In this document: piece after piece, positions 44,817 to 55,553 of the stretch
Position numbering within the stretch: the first letter of the stretch is position 1
Layout of the letters: every line of letters begins with the position of its first letter
Origin: a virus
Length of the DNA stretch: 64,000 nt
IMG/VR virus record: IMGVR_UViG_3300010354_012181
Location: 8,450-72,449 of that record
Direction: 5' to 3' (one strand)
Position numbers and translations under genes: made by a program
Notes under the pieces: generated by a model
The model's database searches: none
Told to the model about the DNA's origin: nothing
Seen by the model: the letters and a program-made list of their open reading frames with translations, nothing else

Positions 44817-45839
44817 ATGACTAAACGAATTGGTTTTGCTTGTAAATGGATAGACGAACCTCGTCAAATAGATGGTATCAAACCTAAGGACGACTGTAAA
44901 AAGTATAACACAGGTTCTACCACTGTGGCTTGGTTAAATAGACAGACTAAAGATGTGGCTGTAGAAAAACTATGGTCATTGATGGAACAGAACACAGAAT
45001 CTACCAGACTACTAGTAGAGCGTGTTGGAGGATTAGATGAAGATCTTAGAATGGTACGACTCAGCAGTGATATACTACCTGTATACACTGAGCCAACTTG
45101 GGGCTGGTTTTGGCGGCTTCCCGATGTGCGAGCAACTTGTGAAAGAAGATTTCAGCAAATCGGAGATGTGGCTCGCTCGCGTGGCGTTCGGTTGTCTTTC
45201 CATCCTGGCCAGTTTTGCGTGTTGGCATCTGATAACAATGATATTGTAGATCGAAGCATAGAGGAATTTGAGTATCATGTGGACATGGCTCGCTGGATGG
45301 GATTTGGCAAGACATTCCAAGACTTTAAGATCAATGTTCATATCTCGGGCAGACAAGGACCGACAGGTATCGTTGCTGCATTAGCAAGGATGACTCCAGA
45401 AGCACGTAACACACTGACCATCGAGAACGATGAGATTACTTGGGGAATCGATTCCAGTTTAGAACTAGTAGATCACTGTGCTTTGGTGTTAGACATACAC
45501 CATCATTGGATACACACAGGAGAATATATTGAAGCGAATGACGACCGTGTTAAAAGGATTATTGATAGCTGGCGCGGTGTGCGGCCTGTTATACATTATA
45601 GTGTTTCACGGGAAGAGCATCTTATTGATCATCCCACCGACACCATTCCCTCCCTTAATGCGTTAATGGAGAACGGACACAAAAAAGCAAAACTCAGAGC
45701 ACATTCAAATTTCTACTGGAACACAGCAGCAAATGAATGGGCACTGAGTTTTAGGGAACAGTTCGATATTATGTGCGAGAGCAAGGCTAAAAATCTAGCA
45801 TCGTTCGCACTCTACGAACAGGCTAAGCAGATTACTTAG
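44817..45839 (+). CDS. uvsE: UV damage endonuclease
   Basis: RIGFAC, RLSSD, RLSFHPGQF, IENDE, LDIHHH, HYS, RAHS, DIMCESKAK. Confidence 0.92.
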   Translation: MTKRIGFACKWIDEPRQIDGIKPKDDCKKYNTGSTTVAWLNRQTKDVAVEKLWSLMEQNTESTRLLVERVGGLDEDLRMVRLSSDILPVYTEPTWGWFWRLPDVRATCERRFQQIGDVARSRGVRLSFHPGQFCVLASDNNDIVDRSIEEFEYHVDMARWMGFGKTFQDFKINVHISGRQGPTGIVAALARMTPEARNTLTIENDEITWGIDSSLELVDHCALVLDIHHHWIHTGEYIEANDDRVKRIIDSWRGVRPVIHYSVSREEHLIDHPTDTIPSLNALMENGHKKAKLRAHSNFYWNTAANEWALSFREQFDIMCESKAKNLASFALYEQAKQIT

Positions 45840-46134
45840 ATTTTGGTTTACGACCAACGGCTTTCTTAGCAGTTTCTTTAGCTTTGACTGCGGCTTTTTT
45901 AGCACCAGTCTTGGCTTTTTCTTTAACTACCTTAACGTCAGCAGCATCAACCTTGCCGTCCTTGTTAACGTCGGCAGTTGCTTTAACTCCCTCTACGACA
46001 TTTTGGACAGCAGCCTTTGCATCGGCAGCATCTACTTTACCATCATTGTTTACATCAAAGCTTTTAGAGCTGCGATTGTAATAAATGAAAGCGCCAATAA
46101 CCACTGCGGCGATTGCTAAAAGTACGATTTCCAT
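45832..46134 (-). CDS. Small membrane-anchored protein with two EF-hand-like loops and a basic tail
   Basis: N-terminal TM helix; DVNNDGKVDAAD and DVNKDGKVDAAD; AGGAG RBS. Confidence 0.72.
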   Translation of the reverse strand: MEIVLLAIAAVVIGAFIYYNRSSKSFDVNNDGKVDAADAKAAVQNVVEGVKATADVNKDGKVDAADVKVVKEKAKTGAKKAAVKAKETAKKAVGRKPKSK

Positions 46135-46177
46135 GGTTAAATCTCCTTGTGGTTTATTTAGCAGGGTAAATATTGAT

Positions 46178-46735
46178 ATGCTACATTTTATTAAAAGTTT
46201 AACTGAAAACACAGATAAAAGAGAATTATATCAGGAAAAACTGAAATTCTCTAAAGATGAACTGGAACCTGTTATGAGCGAAGCCACCATAAAATATCAC
46301 TATGACGGTCTGGCTTCTAAATATTCAGAACGCTATAACAAGGGCGAAGGTGATCCAGATTTCAATTACGGCGGTGCTGTATTACATAACCTATTCTTCG
46401 CAAATTTAACCCCGCCTAAGGCCGCTAATAAACCAGAGGGGATCAGTAAGACTGTTATCAATGAAAAATGGGGCAATTTTGACAAGTTCAAATCAGAGAT
46501 AGAAAAAACTGCTATGTCAATACAGGGCAGCGGTTGGCTATATATGGATACTGCTGGAGAGATCCAGACTATACGCAATCACGAATATAAAAAGAATATG
46601 AAGATTGCACTGTTGATAGATTGGTGGGAACATGCTTGGGCCCTTGATTATCAACAGGACAAAGCCAAATACCTTAACAATATTTGGCGTATCATCAACT
46701 GGGAAGTTGTTGATATTAGACTACAAGGAGCGTAA
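46178..46735 (+). CDS. sod: Fe/Mn superoxide dismutase
   Basis: LEPVMSEAT..YH, HNLFF, QGSGW, DWWEHAW. Confidence 0.88.
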   Translation: MLHFIKSLTENTDKRELYQEKLKFSKDELEPVMSEATIKYHYDGLASKYSERYNKGEGDPDFNYGGAVLHNLFFANLTPPKAANKPEGISKTVINEKWGNFDKFKSEIEKTAMSIQGSGWLYMDTAGEIQTIRNHEYKKNMKIALLIDWWEHAWALDYQQDKAKYLNNIWRIINWEVVDIRLQGA

Positions 46736-46736
46736 A

Positions 46737-46850
46737 ATGTTAGATACAATCGTACTATTATTAGTCGGTGCATTCATTGGTTGGCATTTCCCTGAGCCAT
46801 CTTGGGCCAAGGTAATCAAAGCCAAAGTTCTAGGAATGATTAAAAAATAA
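46737..46850 (+). CDS. Small membrane protein (37 aa)
   Basis: AGGAG RBS; MLDTIVLLLVGAFIGWHFPEP. Confidence 0.6.
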   Translation: MLDTIVLLLVGAFIGWHFPEPSWAKVIKAKVLGMIKK

Positions 46851-46859
46851 GGAGACGGT

Positions 46860-47252
46860 ATGGCATACTCAGAGAAAGTGATCGATCACTACGAAAACCC
46901 TCGTAATGTAGGTAGTTTCTCTAAGGATGATCCCGAGGTAGGCACCGGCATGGTCGGTGCGCCTGCCTGCGGGGATGTTATGAAACTACAGATAAAGGTA
47001 GATGATGCTACAGGTATTATTACAGACGCTAAATTTAAAACTTATGGCTGCGGTTCGGCGATCGCAAGCTCCAGTCTCGTCACAGAATGGGTTAAAGGTC
47101 GTACCCTTGACGAAGCCGCCACCATCCGGAACACAGAAATCGCAGAAGAATTAGCACTTCCGCCAGTAAAGATTCACTGTTCAATTCTTGCAGAAGATGC
47201 TATAAAAGCAGCTATAACTGATTATAAAAATAAACATGATCTTTCTAACTGA
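46860..47252 (+). CDS. iscU: Fe-S cluster assembly scaffold
   Basis: MAYSEKVIDHYENPRNVG, APACGDVM, YGCGSAIAS, LPPVKIHCS. Confidence 0.96.
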   Translation: MAYSEKVIDHYENPRNVGSFSKDDPEVGTGMVGAPACGDVMKLQIKVDDATGIITDAKFKTYGCGSAIASSSLVTEWVKGRTLDEAATIRNTEIAEELALPPVKIHCSILAEDAIKAAITDYKNKHDLSN

Positions 47253-47565
47253 TCTAGCAACCTGCAAAGTAAAGGAAGCAATTAAGAAAAGAGGCAAAGG
47301 TTTAGGAATAAAGATAGGAGTTAAAACCACAGGTTGTTCGGGAATGGCCTATACATTAGAATACGTAGACACAGAGCAGGGAGTCGAACACTGTATAGAA
47401 CATCATGAAATAAACGGTTTACGAGTTTATATGGATCCTAAACACAGACCTTATCTTTACGGTATGACTATGGATTGGGTGAAAAAAGGACTAAACGAAG
47501 GTTTTGATTTCATTAATCCCAATGAACGAGATCGTTGCGGTTGCGGAGAGAGTTTCAGGATTTAG
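47236..47565 (+). CDS. iscA: Fe-S cluster assembly A-type carrier
   Basis: TTGCSGMAY, NPN...CGCGESF. Confidence 0.93.
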   Translation: MIFLTDLATCKVKEAIKKRGKGLGIKIGVKTTGCSGMAYTLEYVDTEQGVEHCIEHHEINGLRVYMDPKHRPYLYGMTMDWVKKGLNEGFDFINPNERDRCGCGESFRI

Positions 47566-47849
47566 TGTTTTCCTACAGGCCAATCTAAGCTGGCTGGCAT
47601 ATCCCATATTGTTTTACGTTCAGCACCTTTGCGTTGGGCGAATCTTTTGGCATCACAGTTCGAACAACAATGAAAATAGTTGTTGCTTAGACGTCTGTGA
47701 TCGATCTGTTTTAAATCTCTTTCAAAAATTTCATCACAGTTGTCGCATCGAAACATCGCCACGATTTTTTTCCTAAAGTAATCATGAACAGTGCCTAGTT
47801 TACTGATCCTAGTGTATTGATTCTTAACTGTTTTTTTCTTTAAGAACAT
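47562..47849 (-). CDS. Small zinc-finger-like protein
   Basis: CDNC...CCSNC. Confidence 0.65.
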   Translation of the reverse strand: MFLKKKTVKNQYTRISKLGTVHDYFRKKIVAMFRCDNCDEIFERDLKQIDHRRLSNNYFHCCSNCDAKRFAQRKGAERKTIWDMPASLDWPVGKH

Positions 47850-47918
47850 AAAGTATTTACATTCGGCTTATAAAATTTATTGGTAAATACTAGTTGAAAC
47901 TATTCACCAGGGTCTATT

Positions 47919-50900
47919 ATGGCAAGAAAAATCATAGATATAGGTGTTGTCGGTAACGATGGAACCGGCGACAGTATAAGAGATTCGTTCCGCAAAGTCA
48001 ACGACAACTTCAGAGAACTTTACAGTTCTTTGGGTCTCGGCGAAAGGCTAACATTTTTAGGTTTAGATGACACACCTAATTCCTTTGTAGGACAGAATGA
48101 TCCTGTCTCGGGGAACACACCATTAATTACTATCAACAATACAGAATCGGGATTGCAGTTCAAGAGATTAGTTGCAGGAACTGGTATTGCATTAGATTTT
48201 ACTACAAATGCTAATGAAATATCTATTAGCTCTGAGTTTTCTCAGGTTGTGGGAGATCCAAGTCCTCAATTAGGCGGCCCTTTAAATGTGTTTAGCGGTA
48301 GTATAAGACACGCTATAGGTGGTTTGCCCGATCTAAGTATTCCAAACGAACTGCAATTTGCAGTATCAGAATTAAATGCTGCCTATACAGAAGTAAATGA
48401 TGCTGATAATCCGGACAGATTAGCATCTAACAAAGGCTATGTAGATACCAAATTAAGCAAAAGAGGAACTAATGCAGTAGATCCAGCAACTGGCCTAAAC
48501 GATCCAAGTTTTGGATATATGACTGGCCCTCTAATTCTTTCAAGAGATCCTGTGCCAGATGATGACGAGGTTTATGATGGTCTCATCGCTGCTACCAAAA
48601 GATATGTAGATAATTCTGCTTTTGGTAGCGTTGTTAATTTATATGTAGCCACTAGCGGTATTGACGAAAGACCGGGAATATCAAAAGAATATCAAGGTCG
48701 TGCATTGGCCTATGCCTATAGGAGTTTAGAGGCAGCCTGTAAGAGAGCAGAAGAAATTATGCTCGAATCTAGATTAGAGATTGGACCTTATAAGAAAGTT
48801 TTGACTTACAATAACGGTCAAAACCAGTGTACTCTTGATGATATAACCGATGCTCCTAGTTCCGGCGCCGGATTCAGTGGTCAGGTTTTAATGAGTGTAG
48901 ATTCTATAACCATAGTTTCTCCTGGAGTAAACTATTATCCAGGAGAAATTCTTACAGTAGCCGGCGGTACATTTATTGAGCCTGCCAGATATGAAATTTT
49001 AACAACAACTACTACTCCGGGTGCAGTAGTAACAGTGAGACAATTAAGTTCGGGAGTTTATACTACTCTTCCGGGGTCTTCTAGTGTTGACACCACAAGT
49101 GATAGTGCTATTCCTCATTTGACCGAGGCAGAACGTGTGCAATTTGATGTCACATATAAAGTAAACAATGTACAAGTACTTGCCGGAGGTAGCAATTATG
49201 GACTGGTATCTGTTCGTATTACAGGTGGCGGTGGTAGTGGTGCATTTGGCACTGCAGATGTTGTTGGAGGTTCAGTAGTAAGTGTTACTATCACTGATCA
49301 AGGAACAGGATTTACATCTTTACCTGTGTGTCAGGTCAGTCTTCCAAGATTTTTGATAGAAACTGGGGGACAAAGAACAGACTTTACAGGCGACGTATTA
49401 ACCTCAACGCCCGAAGCAATAAGAAGCCGCGATTTAAGAGAAGGTTTATATTTACGAGGTGAAACGTCCGGGGCATTGGCACAAATACTAGCACATAGTG
49501 GGGAATTGGATAGTTCAGGTAGAGAAATATTTGATGTAGATATTAAATACGGATCTTTTCAAACTGGCGAAGTTATCTCGTACGGTGATGTATCTAAACA
49601 GACTCAGATCACCATATTAGTTGAAAGTGGTGTATACGAAGAGAACTTACCTCTAAGAGTTCCACAAAACACATCTATCGTCGGTGATGAATTTAGAAGA
49701 TGTATCATCAGACCAAAACCAGGTATCAGTTCTAGTCCATGGGCCTTCCTAAATTTTAGACGAGATTTAACTATCGGTGAGGTGGACAACGATCAAATAA
49801 CACTAACAGATAGGTTGTTTGGATGGCATTATCTAACAGACTCAGCCGATCCAGTCTATCCATTAGTTAATAACAAAGGTTTTTATAGATCTGCAGCGAT
49901 CTTATTAGAACTGAACCGATCATTTATACAAAAAGAAGTTATTGGCTGGATTGAATATCAGATAGACAATAATATTTCTCCGTTTGTAGGGGCCTTTGAT
50001 TATGATAGAACCATTTGTGAAAGAGATGTAGGTCTTATAATTGATGCCATGGTATTTGATTTGAAATATGGAGGCTCTAATAGAACAGTTTCTGCTGCAT
50101 TAAAATACTATGGACAGGCCACAGAATACGGAGATCCATCTGTGGCTATTGGCGTACAATTAGACGAAACCAAGGCTGCAATTAGAAGATTAGGTGTCCT
50201 TGCTCAAGCGGTAATTAGAAATGTTGAATTCACAGAGTTGTATCAAGAAATATTTCCACAGATTATCGACGGTGCTTATATAGCAGAAACGGGATCTGGT
50301 GGCACATCATTTAACATTTCTGCAGTAACTTTAACCGACCCTGTAGTAATAACTACATCTACACCACATGGGTTGGTTAACGGTGACACTGTTATCATCG
50401 ATGATATAACAGGAACTACAGAAATAAATGGTAACGATTATTATGTTTCAGTTGTATCCCCAACTGCATTCTCTTTGTTTAACGACTCTTTATTAACTGA
50501 TCCAGTCGACGGCACTGATTTTACTGCCTATATCAGCGGAGGATCTGCATATAATAATGGAGGTGTTGTTGGAGCATTAACCAACGTTATACTTGATATA
50601 ATAGATGAATCTGGTCCTGGTCTAGGCAGCGTTAATACTCCTAAAAATAATGACCAAATGGATGTGTTCTTGTGCAACGATGCTGTAAGATTCCAAGCTA
50701 TCACTTGCCAAGGACATGGCGGATTCTTTATGGTGCTTGACCCCGAAGGTCAGATTCTTGCCAAATCACCATACGCACAAGAATGCGCATCATTTTCAAA
50801 GAGTACCGGCAGACAAACATTTGCTGGTGGACAATATGTAGATGGTTTTGCAGGAAATATTAAATTTGAATTATTAGGAAGAAGAGAATTAAATGTTTCT

Positions 50901-53900
50901 GCTATGATCAGTGGAAGAAGTTATACTATAAAAACCGTAGGTACAACAGTTTTTACAGCGTTAGGATCTAGTGATAATAACATAGGTACGGTCTTCACTT
51001 ATAATGGAGTTGTGGCTGCGGGCACAGGAACTGTTGAAGATAACAGTTTTCTATATGTAGGCGGACTGAATAGATTTCCACAACTGCCTGCCTCATTTAT
51101 CGTATCGGATACTGTTTATAGAATAAACTACGTTAGAGATTTTACATTTAATACAGCAGGGTCTACCGCGTCATTTGTTCTAGATGAAGCTACTCCTTGG
51201 ACTGATCCACGATTTGAATACAACGATGATATCTGTTACAGAGACGTTGGTTTGATCATAGACGGTCTAGGCTACGATATAGTTTTAGGTACAAACTATA
51301 ACGCTAGAAAAGCCGGTCTTACTTATAGACAAGCCAATGCCAGTGTGGTTATCGACACACAGTTAGATTTAACTGCTAGGGCTATTTCATATGCTCATGA
51401 TCTGGCTATTCTTGCACTAGAATTATATCCATCTGCACAATCTGTAGCAGAAAGCAGTCAATTGACATTGGATAATATTGTAAGGAATGGTGTTACTTTC
51501 GCACCTAGTTTATCATTTACCAACCCTCCTGGATTGGCATCAAATAAGATAAATGCAAAAAATCTTTTACAGGCAAATATTAATTACATAGCCGACGAAA
51601 CAGTGGGCTGGATAGCCGCGCAGATAGCAGGTAGTATAGCACCGTTTACTCCTGCATTTACCTACGACAGCAACAAATGTTCTAGAGATGTCAAGTATAT
51701 CATGGAAGCATTGATTTATGATGTTATCTATGGTGGTAATAGCCAAACGAGAGATGCAGGTATTAGGTATTATAATGGTGTAGGCGATGCTATCACTTTG
51801 CAAATTCCTGCAGGGCAAGTAACCGAAACAGCAGCAGCATTAGATTATGCCAAATATCTAGCCAAACAGGTAATTTTAGATCTTCCTCCTGCAGTTTCTT
51901 ATAGTGCCACTCTAAGAGTATCAGGCGCGGCCAGCGATGTCACGATTCAAAATTTAATCGATACTTTGCTCACAGAAACAGTAGACATTGTAACCAACGG
52001 AGTATCTGCTGCCGATCCAGAAGTGTTACCCGACTTAAACGCTTACGCATACACAACTATATTGAAGAATGCTAGAACAGGTTTATTGAATGAAAAAACA
52101 GATATTCAAGATTCTACTATAGTATTCATAGATGAAAACGCTAATATATATGAAGTTTTAATGCCGGGCAATAGAAGTATGTTGGGCAACGACTTCACAC
52201 AGATTAACGATTTAGGTTACGGAATAATTGCTACCAATGGCGGTTTGATCGAAGCAGTTTCTATGTTTACATATTACTGCCACATTTCGTATTATGCAGT
52301 AAACGGTGGACAAATCAGGTCAGTGGGAGGATCGAGTGCTCATGGTAATTATGCTCTTGTCGCGGAAGGTGCAGATCCTTTAGAAGTACCTACGCCAGTA
52401 TCGCTTTACTATGACCTAGCACAAGGGGCACAGGTTTATTTTCCCAGCCCAAGTTATGCTAATGCAGTGAATGGTTTGATTGTTTACATAGACAATTATA
52501 CCTATGCTCCCTTAGACAGAGGTGAACTCGAAGTAGATCATGGACTAGGGTCTATCTACAGATATCCTATCGCCACTTCAGAAATTGGTGGAGACTTACC
52601 GCCGGGAGTAGCAAAACTAAGTTTGCAAAGTTCTGAAGGAGCAGGAGTTGAAGGTCTGGCCGCAATCATTCCTGATAATACCTTTGTCACTGTTAGACAA
52701 GCTTCTCAGACAGTTCTTACAGGAGATGTTGTTGATGTTGCTGTGAGACCTTCAACCGGTATGGTTTTGAGAGAATCACCAACTGTTTATCGTATTTTAC
52801 AGTTTGAAGAATATTTGGATCCTGTTGGTTCAAAAACCTGTACCATAAGCATTGCATCACCTTCTGTTATAACTAGAGTAGCACATGGTCTACAGCCAGA
52901 CTATCAATTTAGTTTAAGCACCACTGGAACATTGCCGACTGGTGTAAATTCTACCACAGTCTATTATGTTTTAGCCGACGGATTTACTGCAGATAGCTTT
53001 AGTTTCTCAACAACCAAACGAGGAACAGCGGTGGCAACATCGGGTAGTCAGAGTGGCGTTCAAAGTTATTTTGTTGAAGGTTTAGCGAGAACTACTCTGA
53101 GAGAAAACTATAACTACGTTGATCTTTCTATTTGGCCTAGCCAGCCTTTCAAGACCGGTTCGTCAGTATGTACAATTAGCATTGCTTCGCCTGCTGTGAT
53201 CACATTAGCTAGTCACGGTTTTACTGCTGATACCCCTATAAAATTTGAAACCACAGGATCTTTACCGACAGGAATTACAGATGGTGGACATTATTTTGTT
53301 AAAACTGTATTGTCTCCCAACACATTTACTATAACTAGAGAAGCAATACCGGCTGGAGTGGCTGTAGATACCTCTGGTTCACAGAGCGGTGTACACACTG
53401 TGGGAATCATAACTGGTAGAGTTGGAGACAGCGATTTTGCCGTTGTTCCTTTGGGCGGTGATGAAAAAGAACGAGTACTAAATTCTTATATAATATGGAA
53501 AGGCCAACAATACACGATTTCTAATTATCAAGACGAATCGACCACAGGACAACCATACGCACTTGTAACTTTAAACACACCGTTGCTAGACAATGTTGTT
53601 TATTTCACTGCCTTGCCATCTCTAAAGGCTGCTGTGCCCAAAGATGAACCGGGCACCCTAACAATACGTATCGGTCTTACTCGCGTAACATCTCATGATC
53701 TATTAGACATAGGCACAGGATCATATTCTGACACTAACTATCCAAATGAGATTTATGGTCCTCCAGTAAACGCTTACAATCCTGGTCAAGAAGTGCAGGA
53801 ACGTGGAGTAGGTCGTGTTTTCTATGTGACCACAGACCAATTCGGTAATTTCTCAGTCGGACCATATTTCAGAGTTGACCAAGGCACAGGTACTGTAACT

Positions 53901-55553
53901 TTTGCAGCATCGATAGCTCTGTCAAACTTAGATGGTATTGGATTCAAAAGAGGCGTACCTATTTCTGAATTCTCAACAGATTCTGGAATGTCAGACAATG
54001 CCACTGATACCGTGCCTACAGAGAATGCGGTAAGAACTTATCTAGATAGGAGACTAGGAATATCGCACACAGGTGCTGTGGTTGCAGACACTTCATTAAT
54101 TCCTGCTATATCTGGAGGCTTTATGAGCCTCGATGGCCAGTTGTCTATGAAAGGCAATATGGATCTCGATGGTAATAGGATCACAAATGTTGGAGATCCA
54201 GTAAGTCCTCAAGATGCGATTAATCTACAAAGCTTAACATTTAATAACTTACAAGATGCTGATCTTAACAATGTTAAAGCAGCCGATGTATTGACATTTA
54301 CAGGTGCTGGAAATATTGTACAGAATTCCACTGTGATAGGAGATATCACTTTTAACATAGACAGCACTGCCAACACAGTAGATGCTCAGATAGTAGCAGG
54401 CTCTATCACTAACACAGATATAAATGCTGCTGCAGGAATCCTACAAAGTAAGTTAGCCATGGGTTCGGCAGGTACTCGAGTTAACGCAACAGGAATTACT
54501 CAGGCAGAAAAAGGATTGGCTAGTTTTGATTCTGCTCAATTCAATGCCACTGGTGGTTGGATCAGTATTAAAAATAATGGTATAACTTTTGGAAAATTAG
54601 AACAGATCGCTACTAAAACCGTAGTTGGTAATTCAAGTTTAGCCACAGCAGATCCCGCAGCAGTTTCATTTACCACAGTGGTTAGTGACGGTGGTGCTAT
54701 TAAAAAATCTCAATATAATAGCGGCACAGGATATCTTAGAAGAACTGGTTTTACCGCCACCCAGGACACTGATTACACTGTAGTAGACGAATCAAGTACA
54801 AATGCAGCCAGCACACTGGTCAAAAGAGATAGCAATGGAGACTTTGGTGCTAGAAACGTGAGTGTAGAAAGACTGTTAATAGATACTAAGATTGCTATAG
54901 ACACCACTACAAGTGCCACTGGCGGTTATACACAATATCACGGATTTAATAGCCAGGTAGGTATATTGATAGGCGATGGATCATTAGCTGGTGATAAAAA
55001 ATCTTTTTACGATAACGATACTCACACTTTCAGAACTCAAAATGGTTTGAGCAATGCCCCAGTAACCTGTTCATCAATTACTTTACAGTCGATAACCACA
55101 GGGGCAGCATCTACCGCAGGTACAGTCACAGGTACGTGGACTTTGACCACTGGCAGTAAATGGCAGGCCACTTACGCTGACCTAGCAGAATATTATCAAG
55201 GTGACCAAGAATACACAGTAGGCACTGTGCTGGTATTTGGTGGAGACAATGAGGTTACACAAAGCAATGTTCGAGGAGATCATAGAGTGGCTGGTGTGGT
55301 GTCAGAAAATGCTGCTTTCATAATGAACGAGGCTTGTCCAGGCACAAAAGTTTTGATAGCACTTCAGGGTCGTGTTCCTGTGCGTGTGGTAGGAAAAATA
55401 AACAAAGGCGATCTAATAATCACATCAGGAATTCCCGGAGTGGGTATTTCCTCAAGCGGTAATGCCCGGCCTGGAACTATCCTGGGTAAGGCATTAGCAG
55501 ACTATGATTCAGATCATATCGGCACTATTGAAGTGGCCGTGGGAAGAGCATAA
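47919..55553 (+). CDS. Very large virion structural protein (tail/baseplate/fibre)
   Basis: GNDGTGDSIRDSFRKVNDNFRELY N-terminus; AATKRYVD, YDxxxCxRDV repeats; C-terminal YADLAEYY...GRVPV domain. Confidence 0.85.
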   Translation: MARKIIDIGVVGNDGTGDSIRDSFRKVNDNFRELYSSLGLGERLTFLGLDDTPNSFVGQNDPVSGNTPLITINNTESGLQFKRLVAGTGIALDFTTNANEISISSEFSQVVGDPSPQLGGPLNVFSGSIRHAIGGLPDLSIPNELQFAVSELNAAYTEVNDADNPDRLASNKGYVDTKLSKRGTNAVDPATGLNDPSFGYMTGPLILSRDPVPDDDEVYDGLIAATKRYVDNSAFGSVVNLYVATSGIDERPGISKEYQGRALAYAYRSLEAACKRAEEIMLESRLEIGPYKKVLTYNNGQNQCTLDDITDAPSSGAGFSGQVLMSVDSITIVSPGVNYYPGEILTVAGGTFIEPARYEILTTTTTPGAVVTVRQLSSGVYTTLPGSSSVDTTSDSAIPHLTEAERVQFDVTYKVNNVQVLAGGSNYGLVSVRITGGGGSGAFGTADVVGGSVVSVTITDQGTGFTSLPVCQVSLPRFLIETGGQRTDFTGDVLTSTPEAIRSRDLREGLYLRGETSGALAQILAHSGELDSSGREIFDVDIKYGSFQTGEVISYGDVSKQTQITILVESGVYEENLPLRVPQNTSIVGDEFRRCIIRPKPGISSSPWAFLNFRRDLTIGEVDNDQITLTDRLFGWHYLTDSADPVYPLVNNKGFYRSAAILLELNRSFIQKEVIGWIEYQIDNNISPFVGAFDYDRTICERDVGLIIDAMVFDLKYGGSNRTVSAALKYYGQATEYGDPSVAIGVQLDETKAAIRRLGVLAQAVIRNVEFTELYQEIFPQIIDGAYIAETGSGGTSFNISAVTLTDPVVITTSTPHGLVNGDTVIIDDITGTTEINGNDYYVSVVSPTAFSLFNDSLLTDPVDGTDFTAYISGGSAYNNGGVVGALTNVILDIIDESGPGLGSVNTPKNNDQMDVFLCNDAVRFQAITCQGHGGFFMVLDPEGQILAKSPYAQECASFSKSTGRQTFAGGQYVDGFAGNIKFELLGRRELNVSAMISGRSYTIKTVGTTVFTALGSSDNNIGTVFTYNGVVAAGTGTVEDNSFLYVGGLNRFPQLPASFIVSDTVYRINYVRDFTFNTAGSTASFVLDEATPWTDPRFEYNDDICYRDVGLIIDGLGYDIVLGTNYNARKAGLTYRQANASVVIDTQLDLTARAISYAHDLAILALELYPSAQSVAESSQLTLDNIVRNGVTFAPSLSFTNPPGLASNKINAKNLLQANINYIADETVGWIAAQIAGSIAPFTPAFTYDSNKCSRDVKYIMEALIYDVIYGGNSQTRDAGIRYYNGVGDAITLQIPAGQVTETAAALDYAKYLAKQVILDLPPAVSYSATLRVSGAASDVTIQNLIDTLLTETVDIVTNGVSAADPEVLPDLNAYAYTTILKNARTGLLNEKTDIQDSTIVFIDENANIYEVLMPGNRSMLGNDFTQINDLGYGIIATNGGLIEAVSMFTYYCHISYYAVNGGQIRSVGGSSAHGNYALVAEGADPLEVPTPVSLYYDLAQGAQVYFPSPSYANAVNGLIVYIDNYTYAPLDRGELEVDHGLGSIYRYPIATSEIGGDLPPGVAKLSLQSSEGAGVEGLAAIIPDNTFVTVRQASQTVLTGDVVDVAVRPSTGMVLRESPTVYRILQFEEYLDPVGSKTCTISIASPSVITRVAHGLQPDYQFSLSTTGTLPTGVNSTTVYYVLADGFTADSFSFSTTKRGTAVATSGSQSGVQSYFVEGLARTTLRENYNYVDLSIWPSQPFKTGSSVCTISIASPAVITLASHGFTADTPIKFETTGSLPTGITDGGHYFVKTVLSPNTFTITREAIPAGVAVDTSGSQSGVHTVGIITGRVGDSDFAVVPLGGDEKERVLNSYIIWKGQQYTISNYQDESTTGQPYALVTLNTPLLDNVVYFTALPSLKAAVPKDEPGTLTIRIGLTRVTSHDLLDIGTGSYSDTNYPNEIYGPPVNAYNPGQEVQERGVGRVFYVTTDQFGNFSVGPYFRVDQGTGTVTFAASIALSNLDGIGFKRGVPISEFSTDSGMSDNATDTVPTENAVRTYLDRRLGISHTGAVVADTSLIPAISGGFMSLDGQLSMKGNMDLDGNRITNVGDPVSPQDAINLQSLTFNNLQDADLNNVKAADVLTFTGAGNIVQNSTVIGDITFNIDSTANTVDAQIVAGSITNTDINAAAGILQSKLAMGSAGTRVNATGITQAEKGLASFDSAQFNATGGWISIKNNGITFGKLEQIATKTVVGNSSLATADPAAVSFTTVVSDGGAIKKSQYNSGTGYLRRTGFTATQDTDYTVVDESSTNAASTLVKRDSNGDFGARNVSVERLLIDTKIAIDTTTSATGGYTQYHGFNSQVGILIGDGSLAGDKKSFYDNDTHTFRTQNGLSNAPVTCSSITLQSITTGAASTAGTVTGTWTLTTGSKWQATYADLAEYYQGDQEYTVGTVLVFGGDNEVTQSNVRGDHRVAGVVSENAAFIMNEACPGTKVLIALQGRVPVRVVGKINKGDLIITSGIPGVGISSSGNARPGTILGKALADYDSDHIGTIEVAVGRA

